Below, in pieces: positions 9,057-19,026 of a stretch of 56,337 nt of DNA (position 1 is the stretch's first letter; every line of letters begins with the position of its first letter). A program made the translations under genes and the position numbers. The notes under the pieces are model-generated. The model did no database searches. It was not told where the DNA came from and was given only the letters and a program-made list of their open reading frames with translations. The DNA is from an uncultured bacterium (GTDB lineage: Bacteria; UBA8481), in contig CAZCME010000012.1 in NCBI GenBank assembly GCA_964499705.1, positions 62,001 to 118,337 on the forward strand, given 5' to 3'.

Positions 9057-10189
9057 GGCGACGGCGCAACGGCGCGACTCGCGTCGGCGATCACGCCGTC
9101 CGCAATATCCCAGGCCGCGCGAGGGCGGGCGATCCTGGCGGCATTGTCTCTCATCTGCCGGAGGCGCTCTGGTTCCCCGAGAAGCGTCAGCACCTTGTAT
9201 TCGAGATCCTCCGTGTTCGCCGCCTTGAGCCCGGCTCCGTTTTCCATCAGGTAGTCTGCATTGCGTTCCTCCTGGCCAGGTATGGGCGAGACGGCGACCA
9301 ATGCGACTCCACGAGCCAGGCATTCCGATGTCGTCAGGCCGCCCGGCTTGGAGGCCACGATATCCGCCACGGTCAGAAGCTCCGGCATGTTGTTCGCGTA
9401 GCCCAGGCTGACGATCCGGCACCCGTTCGCGGGGCGGATCGCGTCGATGCCTGCTTTCAGGTCCGCGTTGCGGCCGGCGACGGAGATGATCTGGAGCGGA
9501 TGAGGCAGATTCGAGATGGCTTCCACCGATCGAACGAGCGGACCCATGCCAAGACCTCCCGACATCATCAGGAGGACCGGCTTGCCCTCTTCCAGTTGCA
9601 TCTCCTTCATGACGGAGGAACGATCGATCTTCCGGAGAAAATCGGGATGGATCGGGATACCCGTGACGCGGATCTTCTCCGCGGGGATACCCCGCGACTT
9701 CAAGCGGTATGCGAGCGCTTCGCGCGCGACGTAATAGCGCGAAACGCCCGGCTCGATCCAGACCGCGTGAATATCGTAGTCGGTGACGACCACATCGAGA
9801 GGTATCGTCCAGCTCCCGTTCTTCAACGAGGATGCCAGGATCTGCGGCAGGAAAAAATGCGTGCAGACGATCCTGTCCGGCGCGAACTGCTTTATGAATC
9901 GGAAGAGCCGGGGCGCCTGGAGCCGCTGCATCGCGGCCGCGAATCGATTCGCGCGAGCGGAAGAATGCTCGGCAAGTTCATACAGGTATCCCCACAACGC
10001 GGGAGCGGAATTGACCATGGAAACATAACCGCGCGTGTAAAGCCTCCGGAACGGAGCCGGGACGTAATCCATGGCGTCGATATTCCGGATCTCGACACCG
10101 GGATGCCGCTCACGCATCGCGGACTCGACCGCCTGCGCGGCGCGGACATGGCCGGCGCCGGCGGAAACGGAGAGGATGAGAATTTTCAT
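9053..10189 (-). CDS. UgtP/MGDG-synthase-family diacylglycerol glycosyltransferase (GT28-like)
   Basis: ILILSVSAGAGHVRAAQAV, PDRIVCTHF, VVTDYDIHAVW, VTGIPIHPDF, SKPGGLTTSE, PIPGQEERNA. Confidence 0.88.
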   Translation of the reverse strand: MKILILSVSAGAGHVRAAQAVESAMRERHPGVEIRNIDAMDYVPAPFRRLYTRGYVSMVNSAPALWGYLYELAEHSSARANRFAAAMQRLQAPRLFRFIKQFAPDRIVCTHFFLPQILASSLKNGSWTIPLDVVVTDYDIHAVWIEPGVSRYYVAREALAYRLKSRGIPAEKIRVTGIPIHPDFLRKIDRSSVMKEMQLEEGKPVLLMMSGGLGMGPLVRSVEAISNLPHPLQIISVAGRNADLKAGIDAIRPANGCRIVSLGYANNMPELLTVADIVASKPGGLTTSECLARGVALVAVSPIPGQEERNADYLMENGAGLKAANTEDLEYKVLTLLGEPERLRQMRDNAARIARPRAAWDIADGVIADASRAVAPSP

Positions 10190-10335
10190 AAGGGGAGCGT
10201 AAACCCAAATTTGCGGCAGGGAAACCGGCTTCCGCGGATGAGACGCGGGATTGCCGTGCGGAACTTTCTGAAAATCGCGAAACCGTCAGAGATCTTACAG
10301 CCATCTCCCGGCTGCCTGCGATAAACTGATCCCAT

Positions 10336-12594
10336 ATGCCCGATTCCCGGACCACTGCTTCGACCCCTCCCGGACATCGATCCTCGACGGAACCAAACCC
10401 GATGGGCGATTTCTGGGGCGGACTCGCGGCGATGCTGGTCGCGCTTCCCTCGGCCATCGCTTTCGGCGTCACCACGCTCGGTCCCCTGGGACCATCAGCC
10501 ATCGCGGACGGAGTGCTCCTGGGTATGCTCGGCACCGTCGCTCTCGGGCTGATCGCACCGCTCCTCGGAGGAACACCGCGTCTCATTTCCGCTCCTTGCG
10601 CGCCCGCCGCGATGGTCCTCGGAGCGCTCACCGGCGAACTGGCGACGCTTCCTCATTCCCCTGGCAGCTCGCTCTCCACGCCGACCATCCTCGGGCTTCT
10701 CTTCGTCACCATCTTCGCGGCAGGCGCATTCCAACTGGTCTTCGGCCTCCTGGGCGGAGGGAAACTTATCAAGTACATTCCGTATCCCGTGGTGGCCGGA
10801 TATCTCTCCGGCGTCGGGATCAAGATCATGCTCGAGCAGATTCCCAAGCTCTTCGGCATACCTCACGGCGTCCGTTTGATGCACGGACTCCTCGCTCCGA
10901 ACTGGACGCTGACGCCCGCGATCCTGACGGGCCTCGTCACCATCGCATGCCTGTTGTTGGCTGCAAAGTGGACGCGGAAAATTCCCGCGCCCATACTGGC
11001 GCTCACGGGCGGCCTGATCACTTTCGGCCTGCTGGGCCTGGCGTGGCCTTCCCTGCTGACGCTCAAGGATAATCACCTCGTTCTTGGTCCGATTGCGGGT
11101 GGGGCTGACGCGCTTTTGACGATCCCCGCGCGCCTTCGGTCGGTCTTCGCCGTCCCTCCGGAACTTGCAGGCCGCGCGCTGGGCACCGCGGGAACGCTCG
11201 CCGTTCTTCTCTCCATCGATACCCTGAAAACCTGCGTCATCATCGACTCCATCACGCGTTCGCGCCACGACTCCAACCGTGAACTGCGCGGACAGGGCAT
11301 CGGAAACATGACCTCGGCCATCATGGGTGGCATGGCCGGCGCCGGCACAAGCGGCGCCACTCTCGTCAACCTCGCCAGCGGAGGCCGATCGCGGATCTCC
11401 GGATTTCTGGCCGGCGTATTCGCGCTGCTGGCGCTTCTCATTCTGAGCCCCCTGCTCGCCTGGATTCCCAAGGCCGCGCTCGCGGGCATCCTCGTGGTCG
11501 TCGGATTCCGGATGATCGACCTGCACAGTTTCCAGCTACTTCGAAACCGATCCACGCATCTCGACTTCGTGGTCATTGTCTCGGTGATCATTCTCGCCGT
11601 GACCGCGCCTCTGCTCTATGCCTCCGCGGCGGGCCTGGGACTGGCGATCCTTTTATTTCTCCGCGAGCAGATCCGTTCCAACGTGATCCGGCGGCGCAGT
11701 TACGGCGACGCCACGTTCTCGCGGCGCAAGTATCTGCCGGAGGATCTCGAGGTGGTGAAACGACACGGACGCGAAACCGTCATATGCGAGCTCCAGGGCA
11801 GCCTCTTCTTCGGAACCACGGATCAGCTGATGAGCCAGCTCGAGAGCGATCTCAAGACCTGCCGCCGCGTGATCCTCGACATGCGTCGCGTCTCCGCCGT
11901 GGACTACACCGCCGCGCACATCCTGCAGCAGATCCAGGCGATGCTCGGGGACCACGACGGGGAGCTCATCCTCGCCGATGTCGGCCGCGCGCTGCCTTCG
12001 GGACGCGATATGCAGGTGTATTTCGGAGACGTGGGACTGGCGCGCCATGAATCGCGGGTGCGAATCTTCGAGACGCGAGACGAGGCGCTGGAGTATGTCG
12101 AGGACCGGGCGTTCGAGGAGGAGAACCTGCTGGGAAAGGGGCACGGCGCGCCGCTCGAACTGGGCGAGCTGGATCTCTTCCGGGAACTGGATCCGGCCGC
12201 ATTGGAGGAGCTGAAAACGATCGTTGTGGAACGTGAAGTGGAGGAAGGGCAGACCCTGTTCCGCGCCGGAGAGACCGGCAACGAAATCTTCCTCGTCCGG
12301 AAGGGCACGATCAAGATCCTGCTCCCATTGTCCACCGGTCGAGCCCGCCACCTCGCGTCTTTCGCGCGGCGGGATTTCTTCGGAGACATGGCGTTCCTGG
12401 ACGGCGAGCCTCGATCCGCAAACGCCGTCGCCGCGTCACGCACCTGGCTGTACATCCTGTCGCGCGACCGTTTCGACTCCCTGGCCATCACGCACCCCGC
12501 GATCGCCTCCCGTATCTTCAAGCGCCTGGCCCGCGCTCTCGCGCATCGCCTCCGGCAGACCGACATGCAGCTCGGGGAACTGGAAGAGGGATAA
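10336..12594 (+). CDS. SulP/SLC26 anion transporter with STAS and C-terminal cyclic-nucleotide-binding domain
   Basis: GDFWGGLAAMLVALPSAIAFG, KYIPYPVVAGYLSGVG, DSNRELRGQGIGN; STAS LQGSLFFGTTDQL; cNMP FFGDMAFLDGEPRSANAVA. Confidence 0.9.
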   Translation: MPDSRTTASTPPGHRSSTEPNPMGDFWGGLAAMLVALPSAIAFGVTTLGPLGPSAIADGVLLGMLGTVALGLIAPLLGGTPRLISAPCAPAAMVLGALTGELATLPHSPGSSLSTPTILGLLFVTIFAAGAFQLVFGLLGGGKLIKYIPYPVVAGYLSGVGIKIMLEQIPKLFGIPHGVRLMHGLLAPNWTLTPAILTGLVTIACLLLAAKWTRKIPAPILALTGGLITFGLLGLAWPSLLTLKDNHLVLGPIAGGADALLTIPARLRSVFAVPPELAGRALGTAGTLAVLLSIDTLKTCVIIDSITRSRHDSNRELRGQGIGNMTSAIMGGMAGAGTSGATLVNLASGGRSRISGFLAGVFALLALLILSPLLAWIPKAALAGILVVVGFRMIDLHSFQLLRNRSTHLDFVVIVSVIILAVTAPLLYASAAGLGLAILLFLREQIRSNVIRRRSYGDATFSRRKYLPEDLEVVKRHGRETVICELQGSLFFGTTDQLMSQLESDLKTCRRVILDMRRVSAVDYTAAHILQQIQAMLGDHDGELILADVGRALPSGRDMQVYFGDVGLARHESRVRIFETRDEALEYVEDRAFEEENLLGKGHGAPLELGELDLFRELDPAALEELKTIVVEREVEEGQTLFRAGETGNEIFLVRKGTIKILLPLSTGRARHLASFARRDFFGDMAFLDGEPRSANAVAASRTWLYILSRDRFDSLAITHPAIASRIFKRLARALAHRLRQTDMQLGELEEG

Positions 12595-12687
12595 AGGCAA
12601 GCAGGAAAAGCCACCGCGGTCCCGCCCTTTTACGCCCGCGTGCCTGTGAAGCGCGGCGCATTTTCACCGCTCCACTGTTGAGGTGAG

Positions 12688-13467
12688 TTAAAGGATTACC
12701 TGGCCTTGATATTCGATGTTCAGTTCCGCGCCTTCGGCGACGAGCGCGGCGACGTAACCGGGTTCGGGTTCCCAGGACCACATGCTCCACTGTTTCGCTG
12801 CTTCCTTGTTTCCATGGATTGTCAGAAGACGGGCCGGCTGATCGAGTTCGAAGGCCGCCTCGAATTTGGAGAGAGGCATCGAAAGGCCGTCGCCAATGGC
12901 CTTGATGTATGCTTCCTTTCTGGTCCAGCAGTTCAGGAATGCTCGCGGCTTCTGATGATCCGGCAGGGCGCGATACCGCTCCACTTCGCCGGAAGCAAAA
13001 TAGCGCGCGGCAATTTCGTCGCGGTCGCCGACTTCCCTTGCCGCGCTCTCCACATCGACTCCGACGCGCGCCTCCCTGGAAAACGCGAAGAGGACGAGAC
13101 CGTTCGAGTGGGCGTAATTGAATTCGAGCTTGTAGGGATTCTGCGACGCGGAAATCACGGGCTTGCCGTGCGGGAGAAATTCAAAGCACACCGCGGACGG
13201 CGCAATCGACAGGAAGTGCCCCAGGATGATACGGGACAGTCCGCGGGCCAGCATGTACATGCGGCGGTCGCGATCAAAGTGGAAACGGGCGGCGCGTTCC
13301 AGCTCATCCGGAGCCAATGTCGCGCGAAGATCGTCATCCTTGAAGGAGGCATCGTCCGCTCTCGCCTGCAGGGCGAATACCTCGCCGCGGTTCGGCGCTG
13401 CATTAGTCAGGATTCGCACGTCACCTCGCGGAAGTCGTCCATCAGATCCCGGATAGCGGAAAACCAT
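12688..13467 (-). CDS. Sfp/HetI-type 4'-phosphopantetheinyl transferase
   Basis: ELERAARFHF, PHGKP, FNYAHS, VGVDVE, FLNCWTRKEAYIKAIGDGL. Start uncertain. Confidence 0.88.
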   Translation of the reverse strand: MVFRYPGSDGRLPRGDVRILTNAAPNRGEVFALQARADDASFKDDDLRATLAPDELERAARFHFDRDRRMYMLARGLSRIILGHFLSIAPSAVCFEFLPHGKPVISASQNPYKLEFNYAHSNGLVLFAFSREARVGVDVESAAREVGDRDEIAARYFASGEVERYRALPDHQKPRAFLNCWTRKEAYIKAIGDGLSMPLSKFEAAFELDQPARLLTIHGNKEAAKQWSMWSWEPEPGYVAALVAEGAELNIEYQGQVIL

Positions 13468-13590
13468 CCGGCGGCGGCGATGATTCTCTCAGTACGGCGA
13501 GTGTTTCCATAGCCAATCCCAGCATTCTCAAGTTATTTCATCCGAAATATACGATTATTGATCCTATTTTCCCACATTCTTCTGGAAACC

Positions 13591-13599
13591 TGTTATGAT
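13591..13599 (+). promoter_or_regulatory. Possible extended -10 promoter (TGtTATGAT) for the helicase gene
   Basis: Lies in an AT-rich intergenic region ~80 bp upstream of the AAGGAG RBS and ATG 13680. Confidence 0.4.
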
Positions 13600-13679
13600 A
13601 CCTCTCCCGCGCCGCGCACCATTCCTTCACGAGGCAAGCCTGCCCGTCCGGGTTCGTTCACATCAAGGAGAACATCATC

Positions 13680-15050
13680 ATGGGTTTCACCGTCTTCAAC
13701 TTTCAACCTCGTATGTCCGTGGGCATTCGCGCCCTCGGCTTTACCACGCCGACACCGATTCAGCTGCAGGCAATGCCGCCGATTCTCGCCGGCCGCGACG
13801 TCCTGGGACTCGCCCAGACCGGCACCGGCAAGACCGCCGCCTTCGTCCTTCCGATCCTGGAGCGACTTCTCTCCGGTCCCAGGCATACGCTCCGAGCGCT
13901 CATCCTGGCGCCGACGCGCGAGCTGGCGGAGCAGATCCACGATGTCATCCGGAGCCTCACGCCGCACTCCGGCATCACGAGCATGACGATCTACGGGGGC
14001 GTCGGCATGTCGCCCCAGGTGAAGAAACTGCGCGAAGGTGTCGACATCGTCGTCGCCTGCCCGGGCCGCCTCCTGGATCACTTCTCCGACAGGACGATCA
14101 ACGTCTCCAGGCTCGAAGTGCTCGTCATCGACGAAGCCGACCGGATGTTCGACATGGGATTCGTGAAGGATATCCGGAAAGTCGTGGCTTATCTTCCCCG
14201 CAAGCGCCAGACGCTCCTCTTTTCCGCCACCATGCCCGCCGAAGTCAGAAAGCTGATCGGCGATATTCTTGTCCAGCCTGAAACGGTCCAGATCGGACAC
14301 AGCGCTCCGGCAGCGACCGTCGATCACGCTCTCTACCCCGTTCCCCAGCATCTCAAGACTCCTCTTCTCCTCGAGCTTCTCCGGAAAACAGAGACAGGTT
14401 CCGTCCTCGTCTTCACGCGCACCAAGCACCGCGCGAAGAAAGTGGCCCGCACCCTCGCAAGCAAAGGCTTTTCCTCGGCCGAGCTCCAGGGAAATCTCTC
14501 CCAGAACCAGCGCCAGAACGCGCTCGACGGATTCCGCGACGGCCGTTACCGCGTCCTCGTCGCGACCGACATCGCCGCGCGCGGCATCGACGTTTCGCTC
14601 ATCTCGCACGTCATCAACTACGACATCCCTGACACCACCGACGCCTACACGCACCGCATCGGAAGAACCGGCCGGATGGAACGCGGAGGCGACGCGTTCA
14701 CGTTCGTGACGAACGAGGACAAGGATACGGTGCGCGACATCGAGCGTGTCATGAAGGCTCCGATCGAACGAAGATTTCTCGAAGGTTTCGACTACAAGCA
14801 GTCGGCGCCGAGGAAAGACACCGAGTTCGCCCGCGATCCGCGCCCTCCGCGTCACACGCCGATCCAGTACGGAAAGCCCCGCCCGAAATCTTATGCGCCG
14901 TCGCCCAGGCATTCACGATCGGGTTCCGGTTCGAATCGGACCGCCGCGGGCATGGATAGCCACTTCGCCGCAAGGGATCGGAACGTTGCCGGAAAACCGG
15001 CGGCACCGAAACAACGCAGAAGAAAACTCCTGGGCCGCTCCGGTCGATAG
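13680..15050 (+). CDS. rhlE: ATP-dependent DEAD-box RNA helicase (RhlE-like)
   Basis: Q motif PTPIQ, AQTGTGKT, PTRELA, DEAD, SAT, ARGID, HRIGRTGR and a basic C-terminal tail. Confidence 0.85.
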   Translation: MGFTVFNFQPRMSVGIRALGFTTPTPIQLQAMPPILAGRDVLGLAQTGTGKTAAFVLPILERLLSGPRHTLRALILAPTRELAEQIHDVIRSLTPHSGITSMTIYGGVGMSPQVKKLREGVDIVVACPGRLLDHFSDRTINVSRLEVLVIDEADRMFDMGFVKDIRKVVAYLPRKRQTLLFSATMPAEVRKLIGDILVQPETVQIGHSAPAATVDHALYPVPQHLKTPLLLELLRKTETGSVLVFTRTKHRAKKVARTLASKGFSSAELQGNLSQNQRQNALDGFRDGRYRVLVATDIAARGIDVSLISHVINYDIPDTTDAYTHRIGRTGRMERGGDAFTFVTNEDKDTVRDIERVMKAPIERRFLEGFDYKQSAPRKDTEFARDPRPPRHTPIQYGKPRPKSYAPSPRHSRSGSGSNRTAAGMDSHFAARDRNVAGKPAAPKQRRRKLLGRSGR

Positions 15051-15084
15051 CCGGAATTGGCGCGCTGGATCCAAAGAATTTTCA

Positions 15085-15150
15085 AACAGGACAGACAAGA
15101 TGTTCAGGTTTTGGTTCGTTCTTAAATCCTGATCATCCTGTTTACCTGTT
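15085..15150. repeat. Imperfect inverted repeat with ~9-bp CAGGAT-like subunits (palindromic element, possible terminator)
   Basis: AACAGGACAGACAAGATGTTCAGGTTTT pairs imperfectly with AAATCCTGATCATCCTGTTTACCTGTT. AT-rich, just after the helicase stop. Confidence 0.6.
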
Positions 15151-15239
15151 AATAATTCGAATTTGCCGCTATCGATATTCCGTGAATAGCGGAATCAGAA
15201 TTTGAAAATCACGGCAATCGGGGATAACGTCACACGGTT

Positions 15240-15968
15240 ATGATTTCTTCCAGGCCATTGTCGGGGCTCACCGCGCTTGTCACGGGCGGCAATCGAGGAA
15301 TCGGCCGGGCCACCGCGGAGCGACTGGCGGCCGAGGGTGCCGTCGTCTGCGTGACCGGCCGGAATGAGACGACGCTCGCGGATACAGCCGCCGCCCTCGA
15401 AAAACTGTCGCCCGGTTCGTGGTTCAGGAAGCATGATGTTCGTGATGAGCCGTCGACGCTCGCTCTCTTCGATGATATTCGCGATCACAGGGGATCGCTC
15501 GATATCTGCATTCCCAACGCGGGGGAAGCGACGCTCGCGAACACAACGGAAACGACCCTTGCCGACTGGCAGCGGGATATCGATACGAATCTGACGGGCA
15601 CGTTTCTCACCGCGAGGTCCGCCCTGCGCATGATGAAGGAGAAGAGATCCGGCTGGATCATCCCGATCGTCTCCCAGGCCGGCAAGTTGCCCTTCGAGCT
15701 CCGCGCCGCCTACTGCGCCTCGAAGTGGGGAGCCCTGGGATTCACGAAATGCCTCGCCCTCGAGGCGAAGCGTCATGGTGTTCGCGTCACCGCGATCTGT
15801 CCCGCGTCGGTCGCGACGGATTTTCAAAAGGATAATCCCTCCGGAACCGACTGGATGCTTTCCGCATCCGACGTCGCCGACGCCGTCCTGTATGCCCTGA
15901 CGGTCTCGCCGAAAGTCGAGCTGGAGGAAGTCACGCTCCGCTGCTGGAACAAGCCGGAACGCAAGTAG
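15240..15968 (+). CDS. SDR-family NAD(P)-dependent oxidoreductase
   Basis: TGGNRGIG Rossmann motif, NAG, catalytic YCASK. Confidence 0.9.
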   Translation: MISSRPLSGLTALVTGGNRGIGRATAERLAAEGAVVCVTGRNETTLADTAAALEKLSPGSWFRKHDVRDEPSTLALFDDIRDHRGSLDICIPNAGEATLANTTETTLADWQRDIDTNLTGTFLTARSALRMMKEKRSGWIIPIVSQAGKLPFELRAAYCASKWGALGFTKCLALEAKRHGVRVTAICPASVATDFQKDNPSGTDWMLSASDVADAVLYALTVSPKVELEEVTLRCWNKPERK

Positions 15969-15978
15969 CGCCTGTCGC

Positions 15979-17514
15979 ATGACGTTCGCGGGCGGGTCGA
16001 CGAATTCCGGTTCCGACACGCCCCTCGATGATTCCCCGCGTGATCGGGAAATTCCCTGGAGCGAGCTCCGGCACGACCGAATTCTTCAGATCATCCTCCT
16101 CGCCGCTCTCGTTCTGCGCATGTGGAACATTTCCTGGGGTCTGCCTGATGCGACACACCGATGGCCTTATCATCCCGACGAGACAAACCTCTTCATGGGC
16201 CTGGCTGCATTCCCCCCCACTTTTCACCCTTACGACATCGCGTGGGGAGGTTCCTTCTTCTGTCTCTATGGATTTCACACGCTCCTGGGCGGCCTCATCG
16301 GCCTTTTTCCCCTGACGAAAAGCGCCTCGCTCTTTCAGCATGATCCTGGCGCTCTGAACTGTCTCTATCTCTGGAATCGATCCCTGACGGTCCTGCTTGC
16401 CTGGGTCTCTATCATGGGGCTCTATCTTCTGGCTCGCAGGTTGGGTTCATCGCGACGGGGAGCGCGGATCGCGGCTCTTTTGTTCGGCATCACTCCTTTT
16501 TCCGTTCTTCATGCTCATTATCTCACGGTGCATACACTCACCGCCTTCATGGCCATCGCCGCGCTTCTCGCGTTCGCCGGACGGACCCGGCCTTTCGCGA
16601 CAGGTTTTTTCGGAGCCGCAACCGCGGGTTGCGAATATTCCTTCGGCGCGCTCTGGTTCGGACTCGCGGCCGTCATGCTGACTCGAACCCGAAAAGATTT
16701 TCTGCGGTTCGGCTCCGGCTCGCTCCTCGCTCTTCCGCTCTTCTTCTCGATTCTCCTGGACCCGCGCGGCTGGTGGCTGGCCCTGGCCGAGCAGAAGAAG
16801 TTCATCCAACCGGGAGCGCACGGGCCCTGGTTTTATATGGACGTTGCGGGACCCGCCACGTCCTACATGCTTCTTGCGGCCGGAATCACCGGAATGGCAT
16901 GGGCCTTCCGCTCACAGCATCGCCGCGCGGTCCTCTTCGTCATGATTCTCCAGACCCTGGCCCTCGGCGTGCTTGGTAATCCCTTCGCGCGGCGTTTCGC
17001 ATTTTTCTATCCCTGCTTGGCTGTCTGCATCGGCCTGATGCTGGAAAAAATACGGCGGCCACCGGTCCGCCGAATTCTGGTCGCCATGCTCCTCGTCGAG
17101 CCATTGCTTCGCTCCGTCGCTCTCGTGCAGGGATTGACCTCCTGCGACACCAGGACGCTGGCACGCGCGGCGGTGGAATCCGTCGTCCCGGCGGGCGAGC
17201 GGATCGCGGTCCAGAACTGGTTTTTCGCTCCTCACATTTCAACGACTCGATACCGTATCGTCGCCAATCCGCTCGGGCTGATTCCCGTGGACTCGGACAT
17301 CTGGTGCCTGACAAGCGAGCGGAACGGGCCCTCGCCGGAGGAACTGCGCGAGGCGGGATGGTCCGAGGTCGCTAGGATCGAAAGGCCTCATGAATTCCTG
17401 AATTTCCCTTTTCACGACGCGGAGTGGCCGGAAGATCTTCGCTATACGAATCCGACGATACATCTATTTCGTCGACATGCGGATACCGCGCCCGCAAGCA
17501 CCGACAACGAATGA
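15979..17514 (+). CDS. GT39/ArnT-like (GT-C) polytopic glycosyltransferase
   Basis: LRMWNISWGLP...YHPDE N-terminal motif, many TM helices, C-terminal DTR...A motif before a periplasmic domain. Confidence 0.65.
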   Translation: MTFAGGSTNSGSDTPLDDSPRDREIPWSELRHDRILQIILLAALVLRMWNISWGLPDATHRWPYHPDETNLFMGLAAFPPTFHPYDIAWGGSFFCLYGFHTLLGGLIGLFPLTKSASLFQHDPGALNCLYLWNRSLTVLLAWVSIMGLYLLARRLGSSRRGARIAALLFGITPFSVLHAHYLTVHTLTAFMAIAALLAFAGRTRPFATGFFGAATAGCEYSFGALWFGLAAVMLTRTRKDFLRFGSGSLLALPLFFSILLDPRGWWLALAEQKKFIQPGAHGPWFYMDVAGPATSYMLLAAGITGMAWAFRSQHRRAVLFVMILQTLALGVLGNPFARRFAFFYPCLAVCIGLMLEKIRRPPVRRILVAMLLVEPLLRSVALVQGLTSCDTRTLARAAVESVVPAGERIAVQNWFFAPHISTTRYRIVANPLGLIPVDSDIWCLTSERNGPSPEELREAGWSEVARIERPHEFLNFPFHDAEWPEDLRYTNPTIHLFRRHADTAPASTDNE

Positions 17515-18418
17515 TGCACGATCGGATTTTCACGGGCGGCCCGTGACGAAAAATACGCATCCGGTTCCCCCTTCAGCCGACTGGCATGCGGACGCCGTCG
17601 CTGAACGTATGCAAGCATGCCTATCCTCGATCGCGCGCTGCCGGAAGTCGTCTTCCGAAGAGGCTGTCCACGACGCGCGGGTCGCCCTGCGGCGCCTCTC
17701 CGCCGCACTCGACTTCATCGGGACCGCCCTGCCCGACGTTCGTGTGCGAAAACTGCGAAGGCAGGCGAAACGCAATCGCGCGCGGCTCGCGAAACTTCGG
17801 GATCGCCAGGTCGCGGTCCTGCTCGTCGCGGATCTCTGCGCGTCGGTGCCTGAACTCGAATCCTATCGAGCTCACCTCCGCGCGAAAGGAGAAAAAGTGG
17901 AAGCGGAATCCCGCAGGGTTCTCACGCGCCTCTCGCTCCCCGGTCTTGCACGAACCGTCTCGTCCGTGTCCCGGCAATACGGCGCGCTGAGTCCGTCTCA
18001 AATCGTGATGCAGAAACGCCGGCTTCTCAAGGAGACGGGCGCGCTGTGCGGGGATGTCCTGGAACGCCGCGATCTGGCGCTGGCCGGCGACATGGACGCG
18101 TGGCACAGGTTTCGTATCGGCGTGAAGCGGCTACGCTACCGGCTGGAAATCACGCGACCGCTCTATCCCCGCCTCCGGGACGCGCACATGAAGGCTCTCA
18201 GGCGCGTCCAGACGGAACTGGGAGACCTCCACGACCTCGTTGTTGTAGCGCGTGGTTTCGAAAAATTCGCTTTCCGTAAGAAGAAAATGCATCCACGGAG
18301 CGCGCAAGACGTACAATCGGAATTGGATCGGATCATGAAACGATACAGGGCAAAGGCGGCGCGCGCATCCGGATTTCTTCCGCGCCTGGCCGCGGTGCTC
18401 CGGGGTCGAAAGCCATGA
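17477..18418 (+). CDS. CHAD-domain (polyphosphate-binding) protein
   Basis: EEAVHDARVALRRL, LAKLRDRQV, WHRFRIGVKRLRYRLE, QTELGDLHDL; very basic. True start may be GTG 17543. Confidence 0.88.
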   Translation: MRIPRPQAPTTNDARSDFHGRPVTKNTHPVPPSADWHADAVAERMQACLSSIARCRKSSSEEAVHDARVALRRLSAALDFIGTALPDVRVRKLRRQAKRNRARLAKLRDRQVAVLLVADLCASVPELESYRAHLRAKGEKVEAESRRVLTRLSLPGLARTVSSVSRQYGALSPSQIVMQKRRLLKETGALCGDVLERRDLALAGDMDAWHRFRIGVKRLRYRLEITRPLYPRLRDAHMKALRRVQTELGDLHDLVVVARGFEKFAFRKKKMHPRSAQDVQSELDRIMKRYRAKAARASGFLPRLAAVLRGRKP

Positions 18419-18933
18419 AGCTCTTTCTCCTGCGCCACGGCATCGCCGTGGAACGCGGCGCTCCCGGTTACGATATCGACGGCGATCGCCCGCTCACGCC
18501 GAAGGGCGTTCGCAAGATCGAGAAGATCGCCGGGAAAATGTTGACAGGCATGAAGATCGATTTCGACGCGATTTACTCCAGCCCTCTCCTGCGCGCGCGC
18601 CGGACCGCGGAAATCGTGGCGAAAGTTTTCGACATGACTCCGGCTCTGGAGTTTCTCGACTCGCTCGCACCCGAAGGAACTCCCGACGCGGTGATCGAGG
18701 ATCTCTCCAGGAGACTCTCAAGCAGTGGAACCTCGCTCGATAATATCCTGCTCGTCGGACACGAACCCGCGCTGAGCGAGCTCGGTTCCTTTCTCCTGCA
18801 CGGAGACGTCCTCCATGCCTTACCGATGATGAAGGGCGGACTCTGCGGTCTCTCCATCCCGGCGCTCGCCGGCGGCCGCTGTGCGACCCTGGATTTCCTC
18901 CTGACACCGAGGCTCATCCAGAGACTGGACTGA
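18415..18933 (+). CDS. sixA: Phosphohistidine phosphatase SixA
   Basis: LFLLRHGIA, DRPLTPKG, SSPLLRARRTA, LLVGHEP. ATGA overlap with the CHAD gene. Confidence 0.88.
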   Translation: MKLFLLRHGIAVERGAPGYDIDGDRPLTPKGVRKIEKIAGKMLTGMKIDFDAIYSSPLLRARRTAEIVAKVFDMTPALEFLDSLAPEGTPDAVIEDLSRRLSSSGTSLDNILLVGHEPALSELGSFLLHGDVLHALPMMKGGLCGLSIPALAGGRCATLDFLLTPRLIQRLD

Positions 18934-19026
18934 GGGACGGGTGCTCATGGTCGCGAGATTCCGCTGAGAAATGGCGCGAACCGTGCTAGATTCCAGTCAA
19001 CTCAACAAGGGCGAGGTGATACCAGC

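Noticed and set aside
9057-9422. N-terminal extension of ORF 8625..9422
   Set aside because: Overlaps the glycosyltransferase in another frame and is Arg/Gly-rich junk. GTG 9056 is the coupled start.
12600-12670. Terminator between the convergent sulP and PPTase genes
   Set aside because: Only a weak, bulged GC stem with a short U tract; not convincing.
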